64,000 bases of DNA from Patescibacteria group bacterium (GTDB lineage Bacteria; Patescibacteriota; Patescibacteriia; PEXW01): assembly GCA_041738495.1 (NCBI GenBank), contig JBGSPR010000011.1:1495-65494 (forward strand), in the 5' to 3' direction. Under the pieces are notes generated by a model. It worked only from the letters and a program-made list of their open reading frames with translations, was not told the origin of the DNA and made no database searches. Positions within the stretch are counted from its first letter, which is position 1, and every line of letters begins with the position of its first letter. Positions 45,370-54,639 of the stretch are shown piece after piece. The position numbers and the translations under genes are program-made.

Positions 45370-46817
45370 TGGACGGGCCGGAGTGTGGGGAAGAGAATGA
45401 CTTCTTTCACGCTGTGGTTGCCTGTGAGTATCGCGGCGAGCCGGTCTATGCCAATACCAGCACCAGCCGTTGGTGGCATACCGTACTCCATTGCTTCAAC
45501 GAACGCTGGGTCTGTCCCCTGCGCTTCATCATCCCCTGCGCTGCGATTGGCATCTTGCTCGGCGAAACGAGCAGCCTGGTCGAGGGGGTCGTTGAGTTCG
45601 GTGAATGCTTTGATGACTTCTGCGCCCGTAACCACCAATTGGAACATTTCCACAATGCGGGGGTCATCCTGCTTGCGCTTGGCGAGGGGTGAGAGCTCTG
45701 CGGGGTAGTCGTAGACGAACGTCGGTCGGTGCACGTTTGGACGAACAGCCGTCTTCCAGAGCTCATCGATGAGCTTCCCGCGGTTCGTTTTCGGATCTGC
45801 ATCACCACCCGCACTTTTTACCGCGCGCTGGAGTTCATCGTGGCTTGCGTCCAAAACGTTCACACCAGTAGCCTGCTGTATTGCGTCAACGTACTTCAAG
45901 CGCGGTAGGGGCGCAGTGAAGTTCACCGCTTTCCCATCGACCTCGAACTCGAGTGACCCGCGAACTTCACTCACGACATCTACCAAGAGCTGCTCGCAGA
46001 AACGCATCATATCCTGGTAGTCCCAGTAGGCCGCGTAGAATTCAATTTGCGTGAACTCCGGATTGTGCTGGGGGCTCATGCCCTCGTTGCGGAAACAGCG
46101 AGCAACTTCGTAGACCCTTTCCATGCCGCCGATGATCAAGCGTTTGAGGTAGAGCTCGGGTGCGACCCGGAGGTACAGGTCGATGTCGAGCGCGTTGTGG
46201 TGCGTGATGAAGGGTTTTGCAGTCGCACCGCCAGCAATGCTCTGCAGCACGGGCGTCTCAACTTCTGTAAATCCTGCGCTCTCAAAGTTCTTTCGGAGGA
46301 CCTTGAGCATGGACGACCGAAGGCGGGCAGTATGCAGGGACTCTGGATTTGCCAGTAAATCCAACTCCCGTTGCCGGTATCGTTGCTCGGTGTCTGTCAG
46401 CCCGTGAAGTTGGTCTGGGAGTGGGCGAAGCGCCTTCGCCAGGAGTACGAGGTGCGTCACTTTCAGCGATGGTTGACCCGCCTTCGTGATGAAGCGTTCA
46501 CCCGTGCACTGGAGGAAATCGCCAATGTCCAAACGCTCGACGAGAATGTCGTACTGCTCGCCAAGCTCCGCACGAGAGCAGAACACCTGAAACTTGCCCG
46601 AACTATCTTCGAGGTCGGCAAACGTCGAGCCACCGTGCCGTCGCAAGCCGCGAATACGCCCGGCGATAGTACTCACCGTACCCGCCTCTGCAGCTGCTAC
46701 CTCGGCTACGGTGTGCGTGCGCTGCACACGGTTCGGGTAGGCGTGCACGCTCAGCTTCTGGAGCTCTTCTAAGCGCTGTAACCGTACCGAACGTTCATCA
46801 TTGATATCCACTGTCAT
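45366..46817 (-). CDS. lysS: Lysine-tRNA ligase (class II)
   Basis: YRQRELDL, GGATAKPF, LRVAPELYLKRL, FRNEG, HNPEFT, GMPPTAG, GIDRL. Confidence 0.97.
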   Translation of the reverse strand: MTVDINDERSVRLQRLEELQKLSVHAYPNRVQRTHTVAEVAAAEAGTVSTIAGRIRGLRRHGGSTFADLEDSSGKFQVFCSRAELGEQYDILVERLDIGDFLQCTGERFITKAGQPSLKVTHLVLLAKALRPLPDQLHGLTDTEQRYRQRELDLLANPESLHTARLRSSMLKVLRKNFESAGFTEVETPVLQSIAGGATAKPFITHHNALDIDLYLRVAPELYLKRLIIGGMERVYEVARCFRNEGMSPQHNPEFTQIEFYAAYWDYQDMMRFCEQLLVDVVSEVRGSLEFEVDGKAVNFTAPLPRLKYVDAIQQATGVNVLDASHDELQRAVKSAGGDADPKTNRGKLIDELWKTAVRPNVHRPTFVYDYPAELSPLAKRKQDDPRIVEMFQLVVTGAEVIKAFTELNDPLDQAARFAEQDANRSAGDDEAQGTDPAFVEAMEYGMPPTAGAGIGIDRLAAILTGNHSVKEVILFPTLRPVQ

Positions 46818-46823
46818 GCGGTG

Positions 46824-46852
46824 GTTGTACCATACAAATCGGCCTCCTGCAA
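46824..46852 (-). promoter_or_regulatory. Leaderless-type promoter of the lysS operon
   Basis: TTGCAG, 17 nt, TACAAC (with extended TG), 6 nt, ATG 46817. Confidence 0.5.
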
Positions 46853-46890
46853 CAGAAAAAACGCGCTACCTTACGTGTTCGCTCGTGTTC

Positions 46891-47349
46891 CTAGGAAATT
46901 TTTTCTACGTGCGCTTCAACCTCACCACTCGGGGTTTTCACCATGACGACGTCCCCCACGCTGCGCCCGAGGAAGGCTTGCCCAATTGGCGAGGCATTCG
47001 AAATTCTCCCCTCGGCTGGGTTTGCCTCGTTCGACCCAACGATCGTGTACGTCACGTGCTTGTCGGCAATACGCACGGCCACAGTTGAGCCAACCTGCAC
47101 GGTACTCGACTTCCGGTGGGTTATCACCTCAGCATCCTTGAGCATCATATCCAGCTCAACAATTCGACCCTCAACGAAAGATTGCTCATTCTTCGTTTCC
47201 TGGTACTCTGCGTTTTCCGACAAGTCACCAAGTTCCTTCGCATCCTGAATCCGGTCAGCGAGCTCTTTGCGCTTCACCGTCTTGAGGTGGTGGAGTTCTG
47301 CCTGGAGTTTTTCAAAACCTTCAGCCGTAACGTACTGCGGTGTGCCCAT
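46891..47349 (-). CDS. greA: Transcription elongation factor GreA
   Basis: GDLSENAEY, ISNASPIG. Start at ATG 47349. Confidence 0.96.
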   Translation of the reverse strand: MGTPQYVTAEGFEKLQAELHHLKTVKRKELADRIQDAKELGDLSENAEYQETKNEQSFVEGRIVELDMMLKDAEVITHRKSSTVQVGSTVAVRIADKHVTYTIVGSNEANPAEGRISNASPIGQAFLGRSVGDVVMVKTPSGEVEAHVEKIS

Positions 47350-47380
47350 AGTGCAAGAGAAAATGCGAAACGTGGTTGAA

Positions 47381-47409
47381 AGAATACGACCTCCCGCGCA
47401 GTGTGTCAA
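47381..47409 (-). promoter_or_regulatory. Sigma70 promoter of greA
   Basis: TTGACA, 17 nt, TATTCT; pyrimidine-rich leader with no SD. Confidence 0.65.
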
Positions 47410-47430
47410 CCCTCTATGAAATCTGTGTTT

Positions 47431-49374
47431 CTAGGGGGTTTTCTGGGCGGTAAGCCAGTGACGGAATCCGGCTTCAGCAACTGGGAGAGCAGCTGCGTGC
47501 CCCTCTCCCCCACCTTCAACCATGACAGCAATCGCAATTGTTGGGTTCTCGTAGGGTGCGAAGCCAATGAACCACGCGTGCGTTTTATTCTCCGTGCCGA
47601 ATTGCGCGGTTCCAGTTTTTCCTGCCGCTGGTGAGGGTAGGGACTGCAGACGCCGCGCACTCCCACTGGTAACCGCTTGGCGCATACCTTCCCGGACAGT
47701 AGCTATTGCACTCGCGTTCTGTACAGGATTTCGCAGAACTTCTGGGAGAACCTCATTCCGGGTGCCATCTGCTGCCTCCATTGCCTGCACGAGGTGCGGC
47801 TTGTAGAGCGTCCCTCCATTCGCGATTGCTGAGGTCGCGAGCGCCATCTGCAGTGGGGTTACGAGGAGGTCACCCTGACCGATAGCGAAGTGGTACGTAT
47901 CACCGATGTACCACGGTTCATTCTTCGTCTCTTCTTTCCAGGTTTTCGAAGGGAGGAAGCCGCCACGCTCGCCAGGCAAATCTACACCGGTCGGGGCGCC
48001 AAGACCAAACGCGCGCGCGTACTGGGTCATGCGATCGATGCCTAAGCCATCGAAGGTCTCGGTGCCACCACCAATGGTGTAGAAGAAGGTGTTCACGGAT
48101 TCGGCAATGGCTTTTGCGACGTTCGTTGAACCATGGCCACCCGCTTGCCAATCTGGGAAGAACCACTTGTCAATGCGAATGCCACCCGTGCTCTGAATTG
48201 TGGTGTACGGGGTGATAATGCCCTGGTCGAGTGCGGCGGCGGCAATGATTGGTTTCACGGTTGACCCCGATGGGTACTCACCAGCAATGGCACGGAAGAA
48301 GAGCGGTCGTTTGGGGTTGGTGAGGAGTGCGTCGTACTTCTGCTGGTTGAGTCCGGAAACGAAGTCGTTGCTATCGAACGTCGGCTCGCTCACGAGGGCA
48401 AGCACCCCGCCAGTTCGTGGATCTATAGCAATAGCAGATCCACCCGTAGACCGCACCGAAGTAACCATGGACTGCAGGGATTCTGCGAGAACTTTTTGGA
48501 GTTCCAGGTCGAGTGTCGTGTGGAGGTTTTGCCCAGGAACCGCGGCATCGGACGCAACAACTTTCTGTTCTCGGCTCTGGGCATTTACCTCAACGGAGGT
48601 GCGCTCGCTCTGACCACGGAGTTGTAGCTCGTACGTCGATTCAAGCCCTGTCTTGCCAATGACGTCGCTGAAACGGTACTCGCGAGCATTCGACTGCTTG
48701 AGTTCCGCCCATTCGTCGGAGGATAACTTGCCGGTGTACCCGAGAACAGGACTCAAACTCACCGTTCCCGTGTACTGGCGGCGCGGCATGGCGTCGACGC
48801 GTACGCTTGGGTAGTCGTGGAGCTGCACTCGCAGGTGAATTGCCTCATCGTACGTGACGTGCTCGCGGACAGGAACTGCGTCCGTCGTCGTTTCGTCAAC
48901 TTGGGAGAGCGCGCGCTCAATGTCACCTACTGGCGTTCCAATGATTTCACTTACGGCGTGCAGGATACTACGCTGCTCCTCCGTACCTTCCGGTACGTCT
49001 GCGGGGATGATGCCAACCTGGAATTCCGCGACATTCTCTACCAGCGCATGGCCATTCCGATCGTAGATGATACCTCGCGGTGCAGGGACAGTGTACTGGC
49101 GCACACGATTCTGTTCGGCACTGGTGCGCATAGCGCCTCCGCGCACCACCTGCAGCCACGTTGCGCGTCCGAAGAGCACGACGGTGACGAGCAGGAAGAG
49201 CACGGTAGCGGCACGGAGGCGTCCAGGGAGAATTTGGTGCTTGAGGGTTGGTGAATCGGTATCCCGTGCGTCGAGGCTTGCATCTGCAAATTCAAAACTC
49301 TGGAACCGTCGGATGATGCGAAATCGTCCGAGTCCTGCTGGTGGTACGATGTCGAACGGATTAGCGCGTGGCAT
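47431..49374 (-). CDS. mrdA: Penicillin-binding protein 2
   Basis: APRGIIYDRNG, SxxK (GSTVK), SxN (SVN), KTG; located in the mreBCD operon. Start at ATG 49374. Confidence 0.93.
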   Translation of the reverse strand: MPRANPFDIVPPAGLGRFRIIRRFQSFEFADASLDARDTDSPTLKHQILPGRLRAATVLFLLVTVVLFGRATWLQVVRGGAMRTSAEQNRVRQYTVPAPRGIIYDRNGHALVENVAEFQVGIIPADVPEGTEEQRSILHAVSEIIGTPVGDIERALSQVDETTTDAVPVREHVTYDEAIHLRVQLHDYPSVRVDAMPRRQYTGTVSLSPVLGYTGKLSSDEWAELKQSNAREYRFSDVIGKTGLESTYELQLRGQSERTSVEVNAQSREQKVVASDAAVPGQNLHTTLDLELQKVLAESLQSMVTSVRSTGGSAIAIDPRTGGVLALVSEPTFDSNDFVSGLNQQKYDALLTNPKRPLFFRAIAGEYPSGSTVKPIIAAAALDQGIITPYTTIQSTGGIRIDKWFFPDWQAGGHGSTNVAKAIAESVNTFFYTIGGGTETFDGLGIDRMTQYARAFGLGAPTGVDLPGERGGFLPSKTWKEETKNEPWYIGDTYHFAIGQGDLLVTPLQMALATSAIANGGTLYKPHLVQAMEAADGTRNEVLPEVLRNPVQNASAIATVREGMRQAVTSGSARRLQSLPSPAAGKTGTAQFGTENKTHAWFIGFAPYENPTIAIAVMVEGGGEGHAAALPVAEAGFRHWLTAQKTP

Positions 49375-49882
49375 AGATGAACCGCCTCGAAACACTACGG
49401 AGAATTGCCCGACTCGCAATGCCGAGGAAAATAGTTACCACTGACTCGAGTGCGAAGAGCCGTACGGATTGCCAACTCGCCCATGCATCTCGGATATCTG
49501 CATCGAGAACGCCAGATGCATGTCCAATGCTCTGCACGGTGAGCTGCGTTCCGTGTGCGACTGCCAAACCAGCTATGGTAAGCGCAACCAGAGAAGCACT
49601 CGAGTGGTTGGTGAGCCAACCGCGCTGTAGGAGCGCAACGATTCCCCAGCACGCGAGGACGCTCGCGAGAGTGAGGGGGACGGGCTGCGCGTGGAGGAGG
49701 TCGAAGAGGAGGGCAGCCGGCGCGAGTGCAAACCCAACCCACGCGTCTCGACCGAGCCACACGGCAATGACCGCGCAGCACGCGAGTACAGCGGGCACCC
49801 ACCCAACTGGAGAGAGCGCGGACGCGCCAACCTGCAGGGCGTAGAGGAGCACGGCAAAGAAACTGGCGCGAAGGAAGAGCAT
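49361..49882 (-). CDS. mreD: Rod shape-determining protein MreD-like membrane protein
   Basis: Hydrophobic, about 173 aa, lying between mreC and mrdA; call based mainly on synteny. Confidence 0.6.
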   Translation of the reverse strand: MLFLRASFFAVLLYALQVGASALSPVGWVPAVLACCAVIAVWLGRDAWVGFALAPAALLFDLLHAQPVPLTLASVLACWGIVALLQRGWLTNHSSASLVALTIAGLAVAHGTQLTVQSIGHASGVLDADIRDAWASWQSVRLFALESVVTIFLGIASRAILRSVSRRFIYATR

Positions 49883-49883
49883 G

Positions 49884-50681
49884 CTAGAGGTCGAGAACAG
49901 TGACGACGCTGAGTTTTTCGTAGGCAACTGTTGGAATGATGCTCGCGGTTTGGAACAAGTCGCCGGCGACCTCTTCGAGGTTTGCAATTTTTCCAACAAC
50001 CAGGCTACTCGGAATTCGCGGGTCAATATCTGACGTGAGCACGAGCTGCTCTTCGGCAATACTCTGGTTCTTCGGCACGAGTGTGAGCTTCATGCCCACA
50101 CCACGCTCGCCAACGAGTACACCCGAGGGACCATCCTGGCGGTCGACGCGAACGGCAATGTCTGTCCCTTCTGCGGTGAGGAGGCGAACTTCAGCGGTAG
50201 CTGGCCCGGCTGCGATGATGGTGCCGATGAGAATGCCATCGTGAGCAATGACGGGCGCTCCTGATCGCACGCCTTGCACCGTCCCGATATCAATGAGCAA
50301 CACTTGCGCACTGGACTGCGATCGGCCGAGGACACGGCCAGGTACGCCACTGAGCGACTTGCGGTTGAGGAAATCTGTTTCCGCGCGGAGGAGCTTGAGA
50401 TCGACGAGTTGCTTATCGAGGGTGGTTCGCTCCAGCTCAAGCTGGACGATGCGATTCTGCAAGCTCGCGTTCTCCTCCGCGAGCTCTTCAACAGACGAGC
50501 GGTGTGAGAACACCCCTCCTACCCACTGCACGACGTCGTACGCAACCCGGCCAACCGGCGTGAGGATGGGCGCGGTCACGCGCTGGAGAGGTTTGAGGAA
50601 ACCAAGGCTGAGCAAGAGCGCAGCTGCAACGAGGACGACGACTGACCAACCTACTGGGGAAAGGCGAACTGGTCCTGGCAT
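49884..50681 (-). CDS. mreC: Rod shape-determining protein MreC
   Basis: TM helix, coiled coil (LAEEN), IDIGTVQGV, VLTS, VGKI, LFQ. Confidence 0.85.
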   Translation of the reverse strand: MPGPVRLSPVGWSVVVLVAAALLLSLGFLKPLQRVTAPILTPVGRVAYDVVQWVGGVFSHRSSVEELAEENASLQNRIVQLELERTTLDKQLVDLKLLRAETDFLNRKSLSGVPGRVLGRSQSSAQVLLIDIGTVQGVRSGAPVIAHDGILIGTIIAAGPATAEVRLLTAEGTDIAVRVDRQDGPSGVLVGERGVGMKLTLVPKNQSIAEEQLVLTSDIDPRIPSSLVVGKIANLEEVAGDLFQTASIIPTVAYEKLSVVTVLDL

Positions 50682-50682
50682 A

Positions 50683-51747
50683 CTACCGCTTTTCCCCCGT
50701 ACCTTCTGCTTCAGTAGAGAGGACGAGCATAGTTCGCAATGCTTCGAGGTCTTCGAGGACAATACCCGTCCCGCGAACAACCGCGGTGAGCGGGTCGTCC
50801 GCGACGTGCACCGTGATTTTGGTCTGCTGCTGGATGAGCTCCGGGAGGCCGCGCAGGAGCGCCCCGCCACCCGTGAGCAGGATACCTCGTTGGTGAATAT
50901 CCGCGACGAGTTCTGGAGGAGTGCTCTCGATGACACTGCCGATGTTCTCCACTAGGATGCTCAAGCTCCGGCTGAGTGCATCGCGGACGTGCTGCCCCAT
51001 GATCGTCACCTCTTTCGGTAATCCAGTAATCAGGTCGCGACCCCGAATTTTTGCCTCGAGCGAGTCATTCTCCTCAGTCGCGCTCCCAATGGCAATCTTC
51101 GCTTCTTCAGCGGTACGCTCACCAATGAGGAGGTTGAAGTGCTCACGGGCGTACTGCGCGATGCTGCTATCGAAAGCGTTACCCGCTGTTCGCAAACTCC
51201 TCCAGGTGACGACGCCACCGAGGGAAATGACCGCGATGTCTGTTGTCCCGCCTCCGATATCGACAACCAGGTTCCCGGCAGCGTCTTGAATTGGCAGGCG
51301 CGCGCCAATTGCCGCAGCCATGGGCTGTTCGATGAGGTACACCTCGCGGGCGCCCGCGTGGAGCGTTGCGTCCTCCACGGCTTTACGCTCTACCTCAGTG
51401 ACGCCGAGTGGTATGCCAATGACGACGCGCGGTCGTGGAATGAGAGTAAATCCTTCACGGTGCACTTTCTCTACGAAGTACCGCAACATTTTTTCCGTAA
51501 CCTCGAAGTCAGAAATAACGCCATCGACGAGTGGCTTCGCGGCAATGATGTGGCTCGGTGTTTTCCCGACCATCTTTCGCGCCTCAGCACCGACCGCCAG
51601 GATTTGCTCGGTGCGGGTATTCACTGCCACAACCGACGGCTCGTTAATCATAATCCCCTTCCCCTTCACGTACACCAACGTACTGGAGGTTCCCAGGTCG
51701 ATACCGAGGTCTCGGGAGAACCTCCCGAGGAATCTATCGAAGATCAT
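50683..51747 (-). CDS. mreB: Rod shape-determining protein MreB
   Basis: GIDLGT, NEPSVVA, DIGGGTT, TPPEL, TGGGALL. Confidence 0.96.
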   Translation of the reverse strand: MIFDRFLGRFSRDLGIDLGTSSTLVYVKGKGIMINEPSVVAVNTRTEQILAVGAEARKMVGKTPSHIIAAKPLVDGVISDFEVTEKMLRYFVEKVHREGFTLIPRPRVVIGIPLGVTEVERKAVEDATLHAGAREVYLIEQPMAAAIGARLPIQDAAGNLVVDIGGGTTDIAVISLGGVVTWRSLRTAGNAFDSSIAQYAREHFNLLIGERTAEEAKIAIGSATEENDSLEAKIRGRDLITGLPKEVTIMGQHVRDALSRSLSILVENIGSVIESTPPELVADIHQRGILLTGGGALLRGLPELIQQQTKITVHVADDPLTAVVRGTGIVLEDLEALRTMLVLSTEAEGTGEKR

Positions 51748-52970
51748 AGAGCGGTAAGGCGCGCGTGCGCTTCAGCTTCGGTGAGGATTGTGGTGGTGCC
51801 CGTTGCGCGCTCCGTGCACTCAACGCGGCCGTTATTCCTCGCGCTGAAGACAAAGCGGAGCGGTACGCCGAGGAGGTCTGCATCTTTGAGCTTGTACCCT
51901 GGGCTTACTTCGCGATCGTCGAAGAGGACGTGCGCGCTGTGCTCTGCGCAAAACGCGCTCGCTTGTTTCTGGAGTGCATCGTCGGCCTTCCCTGCGATGA
52001 GGACGTGCGCCCGGAAGGGGGCAATGCTCGCTGGCCAGACGAGACCACGATCATCGGCGTGCACTTCTGCAACTGCGCCCACGAGCCGGGATACGCCAAT
52101 GCCGTAGCTTGCCACGTGAATTGGCTGGCGCTTTCCCTGCGCGTCCGTGAACGTGCAGCGCATTGCCGTTCCGTAGTAGTCACCGAAGTTGAAGGTGTTC
52201 CCTACCTCAATGCTCTTCTCGATGCTCGCTGCTGCACCGCACTTCGGGCACGTGGGTGACGTGCCGAGCTCTACGTTCTGCGCGTACCCACACGAAGGAC
52301 AGTGCAGAATGTTGTCTTCTCCCGCGGGGCTGAGCACCTGGAATTCGTGGCTGTGCCGCTTGGTGAACGTACCTCCTGAAGCTTCGGTAATCAACGCCTG
52401 CAAGCCGCAACGCTTGAAAATTTTCCCGTACACTTCGTGGACGCACTCGTAGTAGGTCTGCAGATCTTCCGCTGACGCGTGGAAGCTGTACAGGTCTTTC
52501 ATGAGGAATTCCCGGCCGCGCATGACGCCCGACTTCGCGCGCGGTTCATTGCGGAACTTCCACTGCATTTGGTAGAGACCGTACGGGAGGTCACGGTACG
52601 TTGGCTGGCTGCGCCGCACGATGTCGACAATAACTTCCTCGTGCGTGGCCGCGAGACCAACATCGTGGTGGTGTCCGTCGTCGAACTGGTACATGACCTC
52701 GCGCATCGTCGCCCACCGGCCAGTTTCTTCCCAGAGCGTCTTGGGCTGGAGGGCGGGCATGAGCACCTCGTTGGCGCCGATAGCTGCGTGCTCTTCGCGA
52801 ATGACCCGTGCGACGTTCTCGAGAACACGCAAGCCAAGCGGGAGCCAGCTGTACACGCCGGCGTGGAGCTTATCCACGTACCCCGCTTGCTGCAGGAGCT
52901 GCCCATTGCGGGACACCTCATCAGCTGGTGCGGCGTTCTTAGTTGGTATGAAGAGGTCGTGGAAATTCAT
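51744..52970 (-). CDS. proS: Proline-tRNA ligase (short form, no INS editing domain)
   Basis: THEE, KFRNEPR, RGREFLMKDLYSF, IEVGN, YGIGVSR; CxxC pair in place of the INS domain. Confidence 0.93.
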   Translation of the reverse strand: MNFHDLFIPTKNAAPADEVSRNGQLLQQAGYVDKLHAGVYSWLPLGLRVLENVARVIREEHAAIGANEVLMPALQPKTLWEETGRWATMREVMYQFDDGHHHDVGLAATHEEVIVDIVRRSQPTYRDLPYGLYQMQWKFRNEPRAKSGVMRGREFLMKDLYSFHASAEDLQTYYECVHEVYGKIFKRCGLQALITEASGGTFTKRHSHEFQVLSPAGEDNILHCPSCGYAQNVELGTSPTCPKCGAAASIEKSIEVGNTFNFGDYYGTAMRCTFTDAQGKRQPIHVASYGIGVSRLVGAVAEVHADDRGLVWPASIAPFRAHVLIAGKADDALQKQASAFCAEHSAHVLFDDREVSPGYKLKDADLLGVPLRFVFSARNNGRVECTERATGTTTILTEAEAHARLTAL

Positions 52971-52973
52971 ACG

Positions 52974-54074
52974 TTAGAAAATTTTCTGCCAGAGCGCCTG
53001 CACAGCCTCGAGACGTATGACGTCGCGTACGGTGATGAGCGCGATGAGACCAATGAGAATAGCAAAACCCGTGCTGTGAATCCTCGCCTCCGTGGAGGCC
53101 TGCAAGGGTTTTCCCCGTACCCACTCAACGAGCAGGAAGAGGACGCGACCACCATCGAGCGCGGGTATGGGCAGGATGTTAATGAGAGCGAGGTTGAGCG
53201 AGAGGAGCGCGGTGAACTGCAGGATGTAGGAGAAGCCAAGTTGCGCCACCTGTCCTGTGAGCACGGCAATGCCAACCGGACCCGCAACGTCTGAGCTTAC
53301 CTCACCACGGGTGACGAGGGTGCGAATGAGATCTCCAAAGGCAACGCAAATTGCCACGAGCGAATCGTACGTCGCACGAGCACCTTCAACAATCGCTCGC
53401 CCGAGCCCAAAGGAAACCGTCCCGACTTCAGCGAGGCTTACGCCTAAACCCGTGGACTCTGTTCCAGGGATGTTCGCCAGCTGCACGCGCTTCTCGGTAA
53501 CCGTGTCACCACGCTTGTACTGCACTAAGACTTCGACACTCCCCACGCCAATCGTGTGCCCCTGCACATCTTCTGGGGTTGTGGTGGTTTCTCCGTCAAT
53601 GGTGAGAATTGCATCTCCGCTCTGCAGACCAGCTTCAGCCGCCGCAGATCCCGCAGCAACGGAGAGTACTTGCAACTGCACACCTTGGACGCTGGCGCCA
53701 GCTGGGACACCCTCGCTCACGTCCGTTGGAATACCTGCTGCAAAACTATAGCTGAAGATTGCGAAGGCCAGGAAGACGTTCATTGCGACGCCTGCAACCA
53801 GAATGGTTAACCGACGCCAGTGCGCGGCCGCTACAAAACTTCCGGGGTCACGCTCCTCACCGTCCTCACCGTGGAGTCGAACGAATCCCCCAATGGGTAT
53901 CCAGTTCACGCTGTACACCGTGTCCTTGCGGCGCACCCCCCACAACCGAGGTGGGAAGCCAAAGCCAAACTCCTTCACCTTCACGCCCAGCATCCGCGCC
54001 ACGCTAAAGTGCCCGAGTTCGTGCACGAACACGAGGAGGCTGAGAATGATAATGAAGGTGAGGATCGGTGACAT
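52974..54074 (-). CDS. rseP: RIP metalloprotease RseP (M50) with PDZ domain
   Basis: HELGH, GFGFPP, PIGGFV, AGVAMN, GPVGI, NILPIPALDGG. Confidence 0.93.
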   Translation of the reverse strand: MSPILTFIIILSLLVFVHELGHFSVARMLGVKVKEFGFGFPPRLWGVRRKDTVYSVNWIPIGGFVRLHGEDGEERDPGSFVAAAHWRRLTILVAGVAMNVFLAFAIFSYSFAAGIPTDVSEGVPAGASVQGVQLQVLSVAAGSAAAEAGLQSGDAILTIDGETTTTPEDVQGHTIGVGSVEVLVQYKRGDTVTEKRVQLANIPGTESTGLGVSLAEVGTVSFGLGRAIVEGARATYDSLVAICVAFGDLIRTLVTRGEVSSDVAGPVGIAVLTGQVAQLGFSYILQFTALLSLNLALINILPIPALDGGRVLFLLVEWVRGKPLQASTEARIHSTGFAILIGLIALITVRDVIRLEAVQALWQKIF

Positions 54075-54079
54075 TGCTG

Positions 54080-54631
54080 CTACACAGTAGTGAGTTCCGC
54101 TTCCTTCTGCTTGCCGAGCTGCTGGATCTTTTCGTTGTACGTGTCGACTTCATTCTGCAGCGCCTTCAATTCCTGCGCGCTTACGTCCTCGGAAATGTCT
54201 CCGTCGCGCTCGCGCTGCTTCACCTGTTTCTGCACATCTTCGCGAACACTGCGAATGCCGACGCGTGCCATTTCCAATTTCTCACTCACCGCTTTTACCA
54301 ACTCGCGACGGCGCTCTTCGGTGAGCGGTGGGAAGTGAAGACGGATGAGCACGCCGTCAACCGTTGGAGTAATGCCGAGCGGTGAGCTGAGCACAGCCTT
54401 CTCAATTGCTTTCACGACGTTCGGATCCCACGGCTGAATGACGAGCTGCGTCGCTTCGGGTACGGACACGCTCGCGAGCTGCACGAGGGGTGTGGGTGTT
54501 CCGTACGCGTCGACGCGCAGGGATTCCACCATTGCGGGGTTTGCGCGTCCTGTGCGAATGCTCTGCAATTCCTGGTGGAGGTGTGCGAGGACTTTTTCAA
54601 ACGCTTCGTGGTGTTCTGGTGAGAGCGCCAT
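54080..54631 (-). CDS. frr: Ribosome recycling factor
   Basis: IRTGRANP, YG, IQPWD, PPLTEERR. Start at ATG 54631. Confidence 0.96.
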   Translation of the reverse strand: MALSPEHHEAFEKVLAHLHQELQSIRTGRANPAMVESLRVDAYGTPTPLVQLASVSVPEATQLVIQPWDPNVVKAIEKAVLSSPLGITPTVDGVLIRLHFPPLTEERRRELVKAVSEKLEMARVGIRSVREDVQKQVKQRERDGDISEDVSAQELKALQNEVDTYNEKIQQLGKQKEAELTTV

Positions 54632-54639
54632 ATGTGTCG

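Noticed and set aside
46853-46890. Possible terminator after greA (T-run on minus strand, cgtgttc twice)
   Set aside because: No convincing stem precedes the T-run.
51744-52970. ProRS lacking the editing domain as a pseudogene or novelty
   Set aside because: Catalytic motifs are intact, and short ProRS forms are well known.
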